Below the pieces are notes generated by a model, which worked only from the letters and a program-made list of their open reading frames with translations, was not told the DNA's origin and did not search any database. The position numbers and the translations under genes were made by a program. Below, piece by piece: positions 42,541 through 50,761 of a stretch of DNA of 64,000 bases. Source of the DNA: an uncultured Actinomycetota bacterium (lineage in GTDB: Bacteria > Actinomycetota > UBA4738 > HRBIN12); the NCBI GenBank assembly GCA_963778505.1, contig CAVZUH010000004.1:717607-781606 (forward strand), given 5' to 3'. Position 1 is the stretch's first letter. Each line of letters begins with the position of its first letter.

Positions 42541-43745
42541 CCCACCACCGCCCGCACGAGGTTGGCGATCTGGTCGCGCAATGCTTGCTCAGCCATGTCC
42601 CTCGCGAAGCGATCGGCGTGCTCGCGGGCAGCTCGACCGAGCTGCGCGAGCCCGGCCGGACCGAGACTCACGAGGGCATCGGCGGCAGCCCGTCGCACCC
42701 ACCACGAGCCGTCCCCCAGCCGGTCGCTCAGGAATGCGAGCGCTTGCGGTCGCGGCAGCAGGCGTGCTGCCGCGACCGCGTGGATCCTGATGAAATCCAC
42801 GTCGTCGCCGAGTGCGGAGATCACGATCCCGTGCGAAGAAATGGGCAGGAATCCCAGCCGGCTCACGGCCCGTAGCGCGGCCGCGCGGACCTCGTCGTCG
42901 GGATGGCTCAGGAAGGGAACGATCTCTTCTGCGAAGATCAGGAGCTTCAGCCGGCCGATGCCGTCGATCGCCGCCCGGAGCGTGGGAGCACGCGGCCGAT
43001 CGTGGAGGAGTAAGACGGCGATGAGCGACGTCGCCGCCTCCTCCGACAGGGCCACCACCTCTTCGACGATCCCGTAGGGCAACGCCTGATCCTCCATCGC
43101 TCGTGCCAGCGCCGCTGCCCCACGGTCCCGGTCGAAGAGATCGTCGACGCGCGCGAGGGTCCGAGCCGCCGCGCGTGCGGATGCGATGCTGATGAGTTGA
43201 TTCGAGTCATGGACCCCGCTCACGAGCGTGGGGAGCGCGGACGGGATCCGAGCGTTCGAGAGCGCCACGATCGCGTCGAGCCGGCCGGCGAGACGACCGT
43301 GTTGGGCGCTCTGTTCGAGCGTCCGGACCGCCCCGTGACGCTCGAGCAAGTCGGCGATGCGCGAGGACTCCGATCCCCGCAGCGTCTCGCGCAAGGCCAA
43401 CAGCGCTTCGACCCCGTCGGCGTGGAGGGTTCCGGTGGGCTCCGGGGTGGATCCGCTCAAGACGTCGAGCCACCGGGAGACCCATGCCTGGCGTCGTTCT
43501 GCCCGCGAACGTTCGTGCCGCGAGCTCATGTGTTGGTAGGCCAGCACGTAGGTTGTGACGACCAGCAGTGCCGCCGCTGCCGACCCGACGACGCCCAGAA
43601 GGACGCTTCCCAGCCGCGCACTTGCCGAGTGGCCGAAGACCCCCCGCGCGAGGGTCCAGGTGAGATAGCCGAGCGGGATGGCTTCGAGGGAGATCGCGAC
43701 CGCGAAGATCGCCGCGAACGCGACGTCACCGTATCGTCGCCACAC
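42537..43745 (-). CDS. membrane-anchored HEAT-repeat protein
   Basis: Intact 402-aa ORF. Three N-terminal hydrophobic helices, then repeated HEAT/PBS-lyase-like units (DDEVRAAALRAVSRLG; DFIRIHAVAAARLL; DGSWWVRRAAADALVSLG). 4-nt overlap with the GT2 start. Confidence 0.8.
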   Translation of the reverse strand: MWRRYGDVAFAAIFAVAISLEAIPLGYLTWTLARGVFGHSASARLGSVLLGVVGSAAAALLVVTTYVLAYQHMSSRHERSRAERRQAWVSRWLDVLSGSTPEPTGTLHADGVEALLALRETLRGSESSRIADLLERHGAVRTLEQSAQHGRLAGRLDAIVALSNARIPSALPTLVSGVHDSNQLISIASARAAARTLARVDDLFDRDRGAAALARAMEDQALPYGIVEEVVALSEEAATSLIAVLLLHDRPRAPTLRAAIDGIGRLKLLIFAEEIVPFLSHPDDEVRAAALRAVSRLGFLPISSHGIVISALGDDVDFIRIHAVAAARLLPRPQALAFLSDRLGDGSWWVRRAAADALVSLGPAGLAQLGRAAREHADRFARDMAEQALRDQIANLVRAVVG

Positions 43746-43748
43746 GGG

Positions 43749-44162
43749 CTATCTCCCGAGGCAGCGGCTCACGCGCGCGAGGAGCTCAGGGGGACTGAAC
43801 GGCTTCGTGACGTAGTCGTCTGCCCCCAGCTCCAACCCGCGAACGACGGAGTCCTCCTGACGCAACCCGGAGAGGACCAGGACGGGCACGGTGGAGCCGA
43901 GATCCTTGCGGATGTCGCGTAGGAGATCGAGCCCGTTGCCGTCGGGGAGGTTCAGGTCCAGCAAGACCATGTCGTAGTTGCCGTCCGCCAGGAGTTTCCG
44001 CGCGTCGGAGATGGCCGGGGCCACGTCCACATCGTGCCCGGCCGATTCCAGGGTGTGCTCGAGGACCGTCCTCACGGTCCAGTCGTCTTCGATGGCCAGG
44101 ATCGCCGCCACGTCGTCCTCCCATGCACGGGTAGCGGCCCGTTGGCCACCACCCTTCGGCAT
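43749..44162 (-). CDS. stand-alone response-regulator receiver (CheY-like) protein
   Basis: Tail of ORF 43749..45020 from ATG 44162: ILAIEDD...MVLLDLNLPDGNG...VLVLSG...DDYVTKPF. No output domain. Confidence 0.85.
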   Translation of the reverse strand: MPKGGGQRAATRAWEDDVAAILAIEDDWTVRTVLEHTLESAGHDVDVAPAISDARKLLADGNYDMVLLDLNLPDGNGLDLLRDIRKDLGSTVPVLVLSGLRQEDSVVRGLELGADDYVTKPFSPPELLARVSRCLGR

Positions 44163-44194
44163 CGGTAGGACGGGGCTGGCCCTGTAGCAAAGGA

Positions 44195-45412
44195 CTACCG
44201 GTGCGGAGAGCGTTCCTCCATCCCCCATGGCGATCCGTAATCGACCAGGAGGTCGAGGAACGGTCGGGGCTGGAATGCCTCCGGGCCAAGGACTCCCGTG
44301 CCCGACCAAATGCCGCCGGCGAGGAGCTCCAACGCGATCACGGGGTTGATCGCCGTCTGCCAGACGACCGCCTGGGCGCCGTCCCGACTCCACGTCTCCT
44401 CGTTGTCGACCACGTGGTGGAGGTACACCTCCCGAGGTGAGCCGTCCTTGCTCCTCCCCGTCACCCACGTGCCGGCACAGGTCTTGCCGGTCATCCTGTC
44501 CCCGAGGGTCATGGGATCGGGCAGCGCCGCGGCGACCACGTCGCGGGGCGAGACATCGACGCCGTCGACCTGCAGCGGCTCGGTTCGATCCAGCCCCAGC
44601 TTGTGGAGGGTCTTCAGCACCTCGATGAACTCGTCCCCGATGCCGTACTTGAACGTCACCCGCCGGCAGTCGATCCACCGGGGAACCAGCATGACCTCCT
44701 CGTGCTCGACGTTCACGCACTCCACCGGACCGATCCCCTCCGGGAACGTGAAGACCTCCGGCTCGCTGAACGGTTCGGTCGTGAACCAGCCGCGATCCTT
44801 CTCCCAGATGACCGGCGGGTTGAGGCATTCCTCGATCGTGGTCCAGATCGAGAAGCTCGGAGCGAAGTCGTAGCCCTCGACGATCAGGTTCGCGCCGTCC
44901 CGGACACCGATCTGATCGATCTCGCCGAACAGCTCGTCCGCGGCGTGACGTGCGAAGACATCCGACATGCCCGGCTCCACGCCCATGCCGAGCAACGCGA
45001 GGAGTCCTCGTTCCTCCCACTCGCGCACGCGGGCGAATTGGTCGTCCCCGAGCTTGACCGCCGCCTCCTCGTAGGGCCGGTCCGGATGTGGCTGGGAGAG
45101 GGACATCGCCATGTCCATGTAGGTCGCGCCGGCGGCGAGCGCGCCTTCGAACACAGGCATCACGAAACGAGGGTCGACCGCGTTCAGGATCACGTCGCTG
45201 CCCGTCGATCGGGCGAGCTCGGCGACGGCCGCGGCGTCGCTCGCGTCAACGACAGCGGCAGAGAAGCGGCCGTCGCCGTAGCGGTCGACGACGCGCTCAG
45301 CCTTCGCTTCGGTGTGGTCCGCGAACACGATGTGCTCGTAGAAGTCGCGCCGGGCGGCGATGGGAGCGAACGCCGACCCCACGCCGCCGCAACCCACGAC
45401 GAGGATCCTCAT
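44195..45412 (-). CDS. saccharopine dehydrogenase-family NAD(P)-binding oxidoreductase
   Basis: Intact. ATG 45412 gives MRILVVGCGGVGSAFAPIAARR (Rossmann GxGxxG). Length about 405 aa, typical of the family. Confidence 0.85.
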   Translation of the reverse strand: MRILVVGCGGVGSAFAPIAARRDFYEHIVFADHTEAKAERVVDRYGDGRFSAAVVDASDAAAVAELARSTGSDVILNAVDPRFVMPVFEGALAAGATYMDMAMSLSQPHPDRPYEEAAVKLGDDQFARVREWEERGLLALLGMGVEPGMSDVFARHAADELFGEIDQIGVRDGANLIVEGYDFAPSFSIWTTIEECLNPPVIWEKDRGWFTTEPFSEPEVFTFPEGIGPVECVNVEHEEVMLVPRWIDCRRVTFKYGIGDEFIEVLKTLHKLGLDRTEPLQVDGVDVSPRDVVAAALPDPMTLGDRMTGKTCAGTWVTGRSKDGSPREVYLHHVVDNEETWSRDGAQAVVWQTAINPVIALELLAGGIWSGTGVLGPEAFQPRPFLDLLVDYGSPWGMEERSPHR

Positions 45413-45454
45413 GGCCGCGCAGTGTAGCTGCACCCTGAACAGTGGTTCAGTCAC

Positions 45455-46128
45455 CTATCGATTGATGGTCTCGGCGAGGCGGGCGATCAGACCCGGGTCC
45501 CGTTCCTCATCGACGAAGACGATTGTGTCGGCGCCGGCGTCCTCGTACCGCCTGACCGCATCGCGCGCCCTCCACGCCTATTTCGCGGAACCAGATCTGG
45601 ACCTGTTTCCCCACCCGCCGCCCGTCCGCGAGCTCATCGACTCGCGAGGCGAGCTCTACGAAGCGACCTACCTCGACCGACGAGGCGTTCCAGGCATCGG
45701 CGTGACCAGCGGCCACCGCGAGCACCCGCTCGCTCGTTCCCCCGACGACGATCGGCGGTGGCTCGATCGCGACAGGACCGATCGACGCGTCGTCCATACC
45801 CAGGACGGCTTCGGAGACGGTGGCTCCCCGCCACAAGACGGGGAACGCGCGGCAGCACGCCTCCGAGTCGAGTCACCCGCTCGGAGAACGGAGGGAACGG
45901 CACGCCGGCCACCCGATGATCGTGGCGGGCCAGGTGCCACGAGCCGCTGCCGAGGCAGATCTCGAGCCGGCCGCCGCTCGCGGCCTGAGCGACGGCGAGC
46001 TGACTTGCCAGCAGGAGGCCCAGGTCAGGAGCTTCCTCGGCCGCACTCCCGAATGAGGGGACCGCGTTCACGAGAAGGCGCCGGACGAAACCACAAGCGG
46101 GCGCCGTTTCGTCGATGTAACCCTTCAC
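45455..46128 (-). CDS. luciferase-like (LLM, probably F420-dependent) oxidoreductase, about 2 frame breaks, possibly N-terminally truncated
   Basis: ...RLEICLGSGSWHLARHDHRVAGVPFPPFSERV... / ...IVVGGTSERVLAVAAGHADAWN... / ...RRYEDAGADTIVFVDEERDPGLIARLAETINR, in three frames. Confidence 0.55.
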
Positions 46129-46288
46129 TCCCTCGTACGCATCACTGGGATCTAGCCACTACGTCGCGTGAGGAGGACGCCACCTCTCCCGGCCGCTTTC
46201 CGAGCATCACGACGTACGGATGCAGTAGGACTATCATCCAGGTCATCGGTCAGGCGCTCCGGGGGTGGGGCGGAAGGGGCTGAGGTCG

Positions 46289-46474
46289 ATGAAGTTCGAA
46301 GTGGAACACGGAGACCTGAAGATCAGGCTCGACGAGGCTGAAGGCAAGCTGAAGGCGATCGGACATCTGGCAGCGGCGCCGGTCGCCGGCGGCCCGACGG
46401 CCGAGGACAAGCTCGCCGACGCTGAGCGTCGTCTGAACTACATCTACGATCTGGTCACGCGCGAGCGCGCCTAG
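46289..46474 (+). CDS. small coiled-coil protein, unknown function
   Basis: MKFEVEHGDLKIRLDEAEGKLKAIGHL...AERRLNYIYDLVTRERA. A purine-rich stretch precedes the ATG. No family recognised. Confidence 0.4.
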   Translation: MKFEVEHGDLKIRLDEAEGKLKAIGHLAAAPVAGGPTAEDKLADAERRLNYIYDLVTRERA

Positions 46475-46588
46475 GCCGGCGGTGGTTCCGGAGAGGATCC
46501 GACCCACAGATCTTCTCGGCTGCTTGAATCATTCCGACCGTACTGGGTATCGAGTCACTAAGCCTTCCCCCATACATAGGGAGTAGCT

Positions 46589-47368
46589 GTGCTACGTCGG
46601 AGGGGACGGAAACATACGGTCAGGCTCGTCCTCGCTCTCACAGCGGCTCTGGCGCTGGGATCATCCGGGCCGGCTGCGTTGGCCCAGATGATGCTTTCCC
46701 TCAACGGGGCCGCGGATACCGTTGTTCAGGCACCCGCGCGAACCGACTCAGCGGGGACGCAATCGAAGCCGGAGAAACCACCCAAACCGGAGAAACCACC
46801 CAAGCCGAAGAAACCACCCAAGCCGAAGAAACCACCCAAGCCGAAGCCGACGCCAACGCCTGAGCCGAGCCCGGCGCCGACACCCACCCCGGCGCCGACT
46901 CCGGCGCCGACACCCACTCCGACCCCAGCGCCGACAGCAATTCCGACGCCGACTCCCCACCCGAGCCCCAACCCCTCACCCGAAGGCCCTGCCGTGACCG
47001 CATCCCCAGGAACCTTCGGTCGCGGGGCTACTTCATCGGGAGAGTCCACCGCCGGGGAGAGTGGTCAGAACGATGCGGGATCCGAGCGGGAGGACCCAGG
47101 AAGTCACCAGGACACCGCCCCGTGGATCTTTGCCGTGGCTTCGGTCCTCGACGAACTCACCTCAACCCCAGATGGACCGGTCAGAGCGGCGGAGGGTTCG
47201 TCCCCCTGCCCCACGGCCAAGTGCGGATCCACCTTCGACTCCATCGGTTCGAAGGCGCTGGCCAACACCCTGATCAGCGTTCTCTTGGTCGCCGGAACTC
47301 TCGCGATCCTGGAGGGACAGCGGCGGTCGGAGAACCGGGCCGGCCGCAGAGGATCGATGAGAGGATGA
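46589..47368 (+). CDS. secreted Pro/Lys/Thr-rich repeat protein with C-terminal hydrophobic anchor
   Basis: GTG 46589 after AGGGAG. Signal peptide (ALALGSSGPAALA), PEKPPK/PKKPPK repeats, PTPAP tract, and C-terminal LANTLISVLLVAGTLAILEGQRRSENR. Confidence 0.7.
   Translation: MLRRRGRKHTVRLVLALTAALALGSSGPAALAQMMLSLNGAADTVVQAPARTDSAGTQSKPEKPPKPEKPPKPKKPPKPKKPPKPKPTPTPEPSPAPTPTPAPTPAPTPTPTPAPTAIPTPTPHPSPNPSPEGPAVTASPGTFGRGATSSGESTAGESGQNDAGSEREDPGSHQDTAPWIFAVASVLDELTSTPDGPVRAAEGSSPCPTAKCGSTFDSIGSKALANTLISVLLVAGTLAILEGQRRSENRAGRRGSMRG
46769..46840 (+). repeat. 4 x 18-bp tandem repeat (ccg[ga]agaaaccacccaa[ag]) encoding P(E/K)KPPK
   Basis: Read directly from the sequence; followed by a degenerate (PT/PA)n tract to about 46980. 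Confidence 0.9.
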
Positions 47369-47597
47369 GTGTCCGAACCTGATCGAGCCCGATCCACGTG
47401 CGCTGTCCGCTTCGCGAGGCACGCATCAGATGGTTCCCCGCCACGAACACCTTCGGGGCTTCCAGCCCGTTAGAGGTCCCGGCCGTCGCCAAAGCTATTC
47501 GCCTCGCATCATGGGTGACGTTGCGGCACGGTGGCGATCGTGGGTCCTTCAGGTAGCAAGCCTAGTACCCGCGTACTCGAGGGATTCAGATGGGCGA

Positions 47598-47831
47598 ATG
47601 AAGACTATCGAGGACCACCCCGACCTAAGCTCCCCCGCCCTACTCGACTGGATGATCGTCGACCTTCATACGGGCGAGCCCCTGAAGGTTGAGGGGACCA
47701 GCGATCCCCTCGAGTTCTGCTCCTACCGGGAAGCGTCGTTCTGGCTATCGGAGAAGTACGGCCAGGCGATCTCCAGCTTCGCCGTGAAGAATTCCCGCAT
47801 CTTCAGGAAGATCGCTACGGCGGAAGGCTAG
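47598..47831 (+). CDS. hypothetical small protein
   Basis: MKTIEDHPDLSSPALLDWMIVDLHTGEPLKVEGTSDPLEFCSYREASFWLSEKYGQ... Less GC-biased codons than the core genes. No family recognised. Confidence 0.35.
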   Translation: MKTIEDHPDLSSPALLDWMIVDLHTGEPLKVEGTSDPLEFCSYREASFWLSEKYGQAISSFAVKNSRIFRKIATAEG

Positions 47832-47964
47832 GCGACGGCGAGGGGTCACGGCCTCGGGCTGACGTGTTCAACCGCATTGCCTCGATCCGTAATCATCCAG
47901 ATGTTTGGGCGATGACGGCTCCGGGGTAGACCGTTCAGAACGAAACGCAACTAGAGGAGTGGAG

Positions 47965-48445
47965 ATGGCAGTTGTCAAGAAGGTCGTGCGGACCGGCGTG
48001 AAGGCCGGGAAGAAGGTCCTAGCCACCGATGCGGCACAGGATGTCATCGGTGCGGCCGTGGACAAGCTGGAGGAAACCGCGGTCGACAAAGCAGATGATG
48101 TGGCCGAGTCGGTGAAGCAGCGGGCGGCCAAGGCAGGTGGACGCTCTGCGAGGAAGACCACTGCGAGGAAGACCACCGGTCGCAAGAAACCCGCGGCGAG
48201 GAAGAAGACCGCCGGGAGGAAGACCGCGGGTCGCAAGAAGACCGCGGGTCGCAAGAAGACCGCGGCGGGAGGAAGACCGCGGGTCGCAAGAAGACCGCGG
48301 GTCGCAGGAAGACCGCGGGTCGCAAGAAGACCGCAGGGAGGAAGACCGCGGGCCGCAAGAAGACCGCAGGGAGGAAGACCGCGGGCCGCAAGAAGACCGC
48401 GGGAGGAAGACCGCGGGCCGCAAGAAGACCGCGGCGAGAAGTTAA
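47965..48445 (+). CDS. histone H1/AlgP-like basic protein with TAGRK(K) tandem repeats (two frame breaks in G runs)
   Basis: ATG 47965 after GGAGTGGAG. MAVVKKVVRTGVKAGKKVLATD..., then (K)KTAGRK repeats. Reading to stop 48445 requires one-base corrections near 48265 and 48400. Confidence 0.6.
48148..48436 (+). repeat. imperfect 15/18-bp tandem repeats (aagaccgcgggtcgcaag family)
   Basis: Read directly from the sequence. All three forward and all three reverse frames stay open across it, which explains the many ORF-track entries here. Confidence 0.85.
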
Positions 48446-48539
48446 CTGGTACGTGCTGGGGGCCGCCTTACCGAGCTGAGGAACTTCCACTCCGTTCCGT
48501 GGTCGGGGTCAGAGTCGTTAATCGTCCGGGACGTATCCG

Positions 48540-48635
48540 TTACGCACGCCTAATGAAGTAGAGCACCGCGAGCACGGCCAAAACCACTAAGACGATGCCG
48601 ACGATTCCGAGTCCTCCTAGCCTGGCTGCAAGCAT
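48540..48635 (-). CDS. 31-aa hydrophobic micro-protein
   Basis: GGGAGGAA lies 4 nt before the ATG. MLAARLGGLGIVGIVLVVLAVLAVLYFIRRA. Below the ORF-track length cut-off. Confidence 0.4.
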   Translation of the reverse strand: MLAARLGGLGIVGIVLVVLAVLAVLYFIRRA

Positions 48636-48984
48636 CCGTTCCTCCCTTTCGCGGATCACAGGCCGAGGCCGGCCATGAGTGGCAAACGGCTTGGAGGTCC
48701 GACAGGTTGGGCTCCCTTTGCATGTCCCGACGGATTACCCTCGTGGCCTGGTCACCCAACATGTCTTTCCAACTGGATCACGTTTTTCCATCCTTCTTCT
48801 CGGGTAGAAGCCCGCTCGCGGAAAGGGTGGCAGAGACCGTCGGAGAGACGCCGGCGCGCCCCCGGTGTCCAAGTCGAGGGTCCCCCGATCCCTGGCCGCG
48901 AAACACAACGATCGAGGGAGTCGCCAAATGCGCCACCCCCGCTATAAGAGAGGAGGGACCTTGACCTCGGCCTGGGTCTCTCTT

Positions 48985-49110
48985 CATCGCTGCCCACGAG
49001 CGTCTGCGTCCAGCCGTACGGCTTGCAGATCCGCTCCAGCCTCGAAGCTCGGAGAGCGAAACCACCGCCCGAAGAGTCAGATGGGCGCATCCAAGCGATT
49101 GGTCCTCCAT
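48985..49110 (-). pseudogene. degenerate small XRE-type HTH gene (same family as 59183..59392)
   Basis: MEDQSLG...VSLSELRG in one frame and LERICKPYGWTQTLVG in another. Contains a diverged copy (48997-49034) of the conserved 38-bp 3-prime module. Divergent from the gene at 49165. Confidence 0.4.
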
Positions 49111-49164
49111 GCGTCTGGGTAGAGGCAACCAGGCGTATCGGTAAGGAAAGGGAGGTCTGGCGAC

Positions 49165-49959
49165 ATGCTGGCGGCAATCGACTTCGAAGGTGGCTTCGAG
49201 CGCGCCTGGGACTCGATCATCACGTTCGTCCCGAAGTTGCTCGGATTCTTGCTGATCTTGGGGATCGGATACTTCGTCGCCAAGGCGATCGAGAAGGTCC
49301 TCGACCGGATCCTGGAGCGGGTCGGGTTCGACCGATTGGTCGAACGCGGAGGTCTGAAGACAGCGCTCTCCAGGTCGAAACTGGATGCCAGCTCGATCCT
49401 GGCCCGGATCGTGTTCTACGTGGTGTTCCTGTTCGTCCTGCAGCTCGCGTTCGGGGTCTTCGGCCCGAACCCGATCAGCGAGCTGCTCCAGGGGATCATC
49501 GCGTTCATGCCCAAGCTGTTCGTCGCGATCCTGATCGTGGTCATCACCGCCGCGGTGGCGACCGCCGCGAAGACGGTGGTCGAGTCCGTCCTCGGCGGGC
49601 TGAGCTACGGGCGGACGTTGGCGACGATCGCGGCGGCCGCGGTCTGGGTAGTGGGCGTCGCGGCTGCCCTCAACCAGATCGAGATCGCACCGGAGATCGT
49701 GAACGGTCTCTTCTACGCGCTCTTGGCTCTCATCGTCGGCATCGGCATCGTCGCGGTCGGCGGCGGCGGTATCCAGCCGATGCGCGAGCGATGGCAGCGC
49801 GCGCTCATGAGGGTGGATGCCGAGGCTCCTCGTCTGAAGCAGGAGGCGGCGGGTGGCACCGAGCGGGTTCGCCAGCAGGCTCAGGAAGTCCAGCGCGAGC
49901 TGCAGGACCCACCGCCTGGAGATGTGCGACCCGAGAATCCGGAGGAGGGATACCGGTAG
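49165..49959 (+). CDS. conserved TM-helix-repeat membrane protein (mechanosensitive-channel-like N-terminal repeats)
   Basis: Intact 264-aa ORF after AAAGGGAGG. Repeated units FVPKLLGFLLILGIGYFVAKAI / FMPKLFVAILIVVITAAVA. Charged C-terminal tail. Confidence 0.75.
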   Translation: MLAAIDFEGGFERAWDSIITFVPKLLGFLLILGIGYFVAKAIEKVLDRILERVGFDRLVERGGLKTALSRSKLDASSILARIVFYVVFLFVLQLAFGVFGPNPISELLQGIIAFMPKLFVAILIVVITAAVATAAKTVVESVLGGLSYGRTLATIAAAAVWVVGVAAALNQIEIAPEIVNGLFYALLALIVGIGIVAVGGGGIQPMRERWQRALMRVDAEAPRLKQEAAGGTERVRQQAQEVQRELQDPPPGDVRPENPEEGYR

Positions 49960-50046
49960 CACCGATCCAGCTGCTGGACCCGGTCATCTCTTCCGCCCGA
50001 AGGGTAAGGCGTTTGACACCGTTCGACCTGCGGAGGAGGAGCAAGG

Positions 50047-50260
50047 ATGGAGACGCAGGAGACCACGAACCGCTGCTCCGCGTGCGGGGAGTCGTTCGAT
50101 TCCGAGGAGGAGCTCAGAAGCCACGAGGCACAGCAGCATGCCGAAACCGGTCGCCGAGCAGCTCGGAGACGACTCGGGTGGCGAGCAGCGTGGGACCGGT
50201 GGGACCGGTGTAACGGGATGGGACGCGAGCAGGAGAAGAGGCGGAGTCGCCGGAGGCTAG
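50047..50260 (+). CDS. small protein with a classical C2H2 zinc-finger motif (frame break near 50140; 3-prime end uncertain)
   Basis: GGAGGAGGAG precedes the ATG. METQETTNRCSACGESFDSEEELRSHEAQQH fits C-x2-C-x3-F-x5-L-x2-H-x4-H. Confidence 0.45.
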
Positions 50261-50261
50261 G

Positions 50262-50761
50262 TCCAGTAGATCCCACGCCGAGAGCTGCCTCCCGTGGAGA
50301 CCCCTGGTGGAGTCGGCAGCCCGCGGCGCTACGTGCGGCGCGCTCGCGACCGTTCCCATGTCCTCCGTCATGCTCGTGGGTCAGCACCTCGAATGGGTGA
50401 AGGGAGCAACCGCCCGAGGTCCTGACCGAGGAGGCCCTCGGACGCGCCGACCTCCTCGACGAGAAGTCAGTTCCAGACCGTCCATGCCCTCGCCGTCGCG
50501 GGCCACTTCGCGTTCGGCGCCGCCGGGGGCGCTCTTTCGGCCTGCTGGACGGGTTGCCCCGGTGCCTCCAGCGGTACCGAGCGGGATCGCGTTCGGGTCG
50601 GGATCTGGGGAGCCAGCTACCGAGGATGGATCCGTGGGGTCGAACCTTCCTCGCCGAGCAGCATCCCGGCAGGCGAGGACGTCGTGATGATCGCGGCGCA
50701 TGCCGTATACGGGGCGACGATCGGAGCCCCTCAGCCGTTCGGAACGCGAGGTTGGCGGTAA
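50262..50761 (+). CDS. conserved membrane protein of unknown function (several frame breaks)
   Basis: Pieces in three frames: GALATVPMSSVMLVGQHLEW, PPEVLTEEALGRADLLDEKSV, HALAVAGHFAFGAAGGALFGLL, GIAFGSGIWGASY, VMIAAHAVYGATIGA. Boundaries are approximate. Confidence 0.35.

Noticed and set aside
40553-43077. Long ORFs 40553..42187 (-, 544 aa) and 41233..43077 (+, 614 aa)
   Set aside because: Both lie over the intact GT2 and HEAT genes in other frames or on the other strand, and both are Arg/Gly/Pro-rich. The GT2 frame carries all the family motifs.
46589-47368. Calling the C-terminus LANTL... a bona fide sortase signal
   Set aside because: The motif lacks the Gly of LAxTG. Only the architecture (motif, helix, basic tail) is similar, so it is kept as a remark rather than a call.
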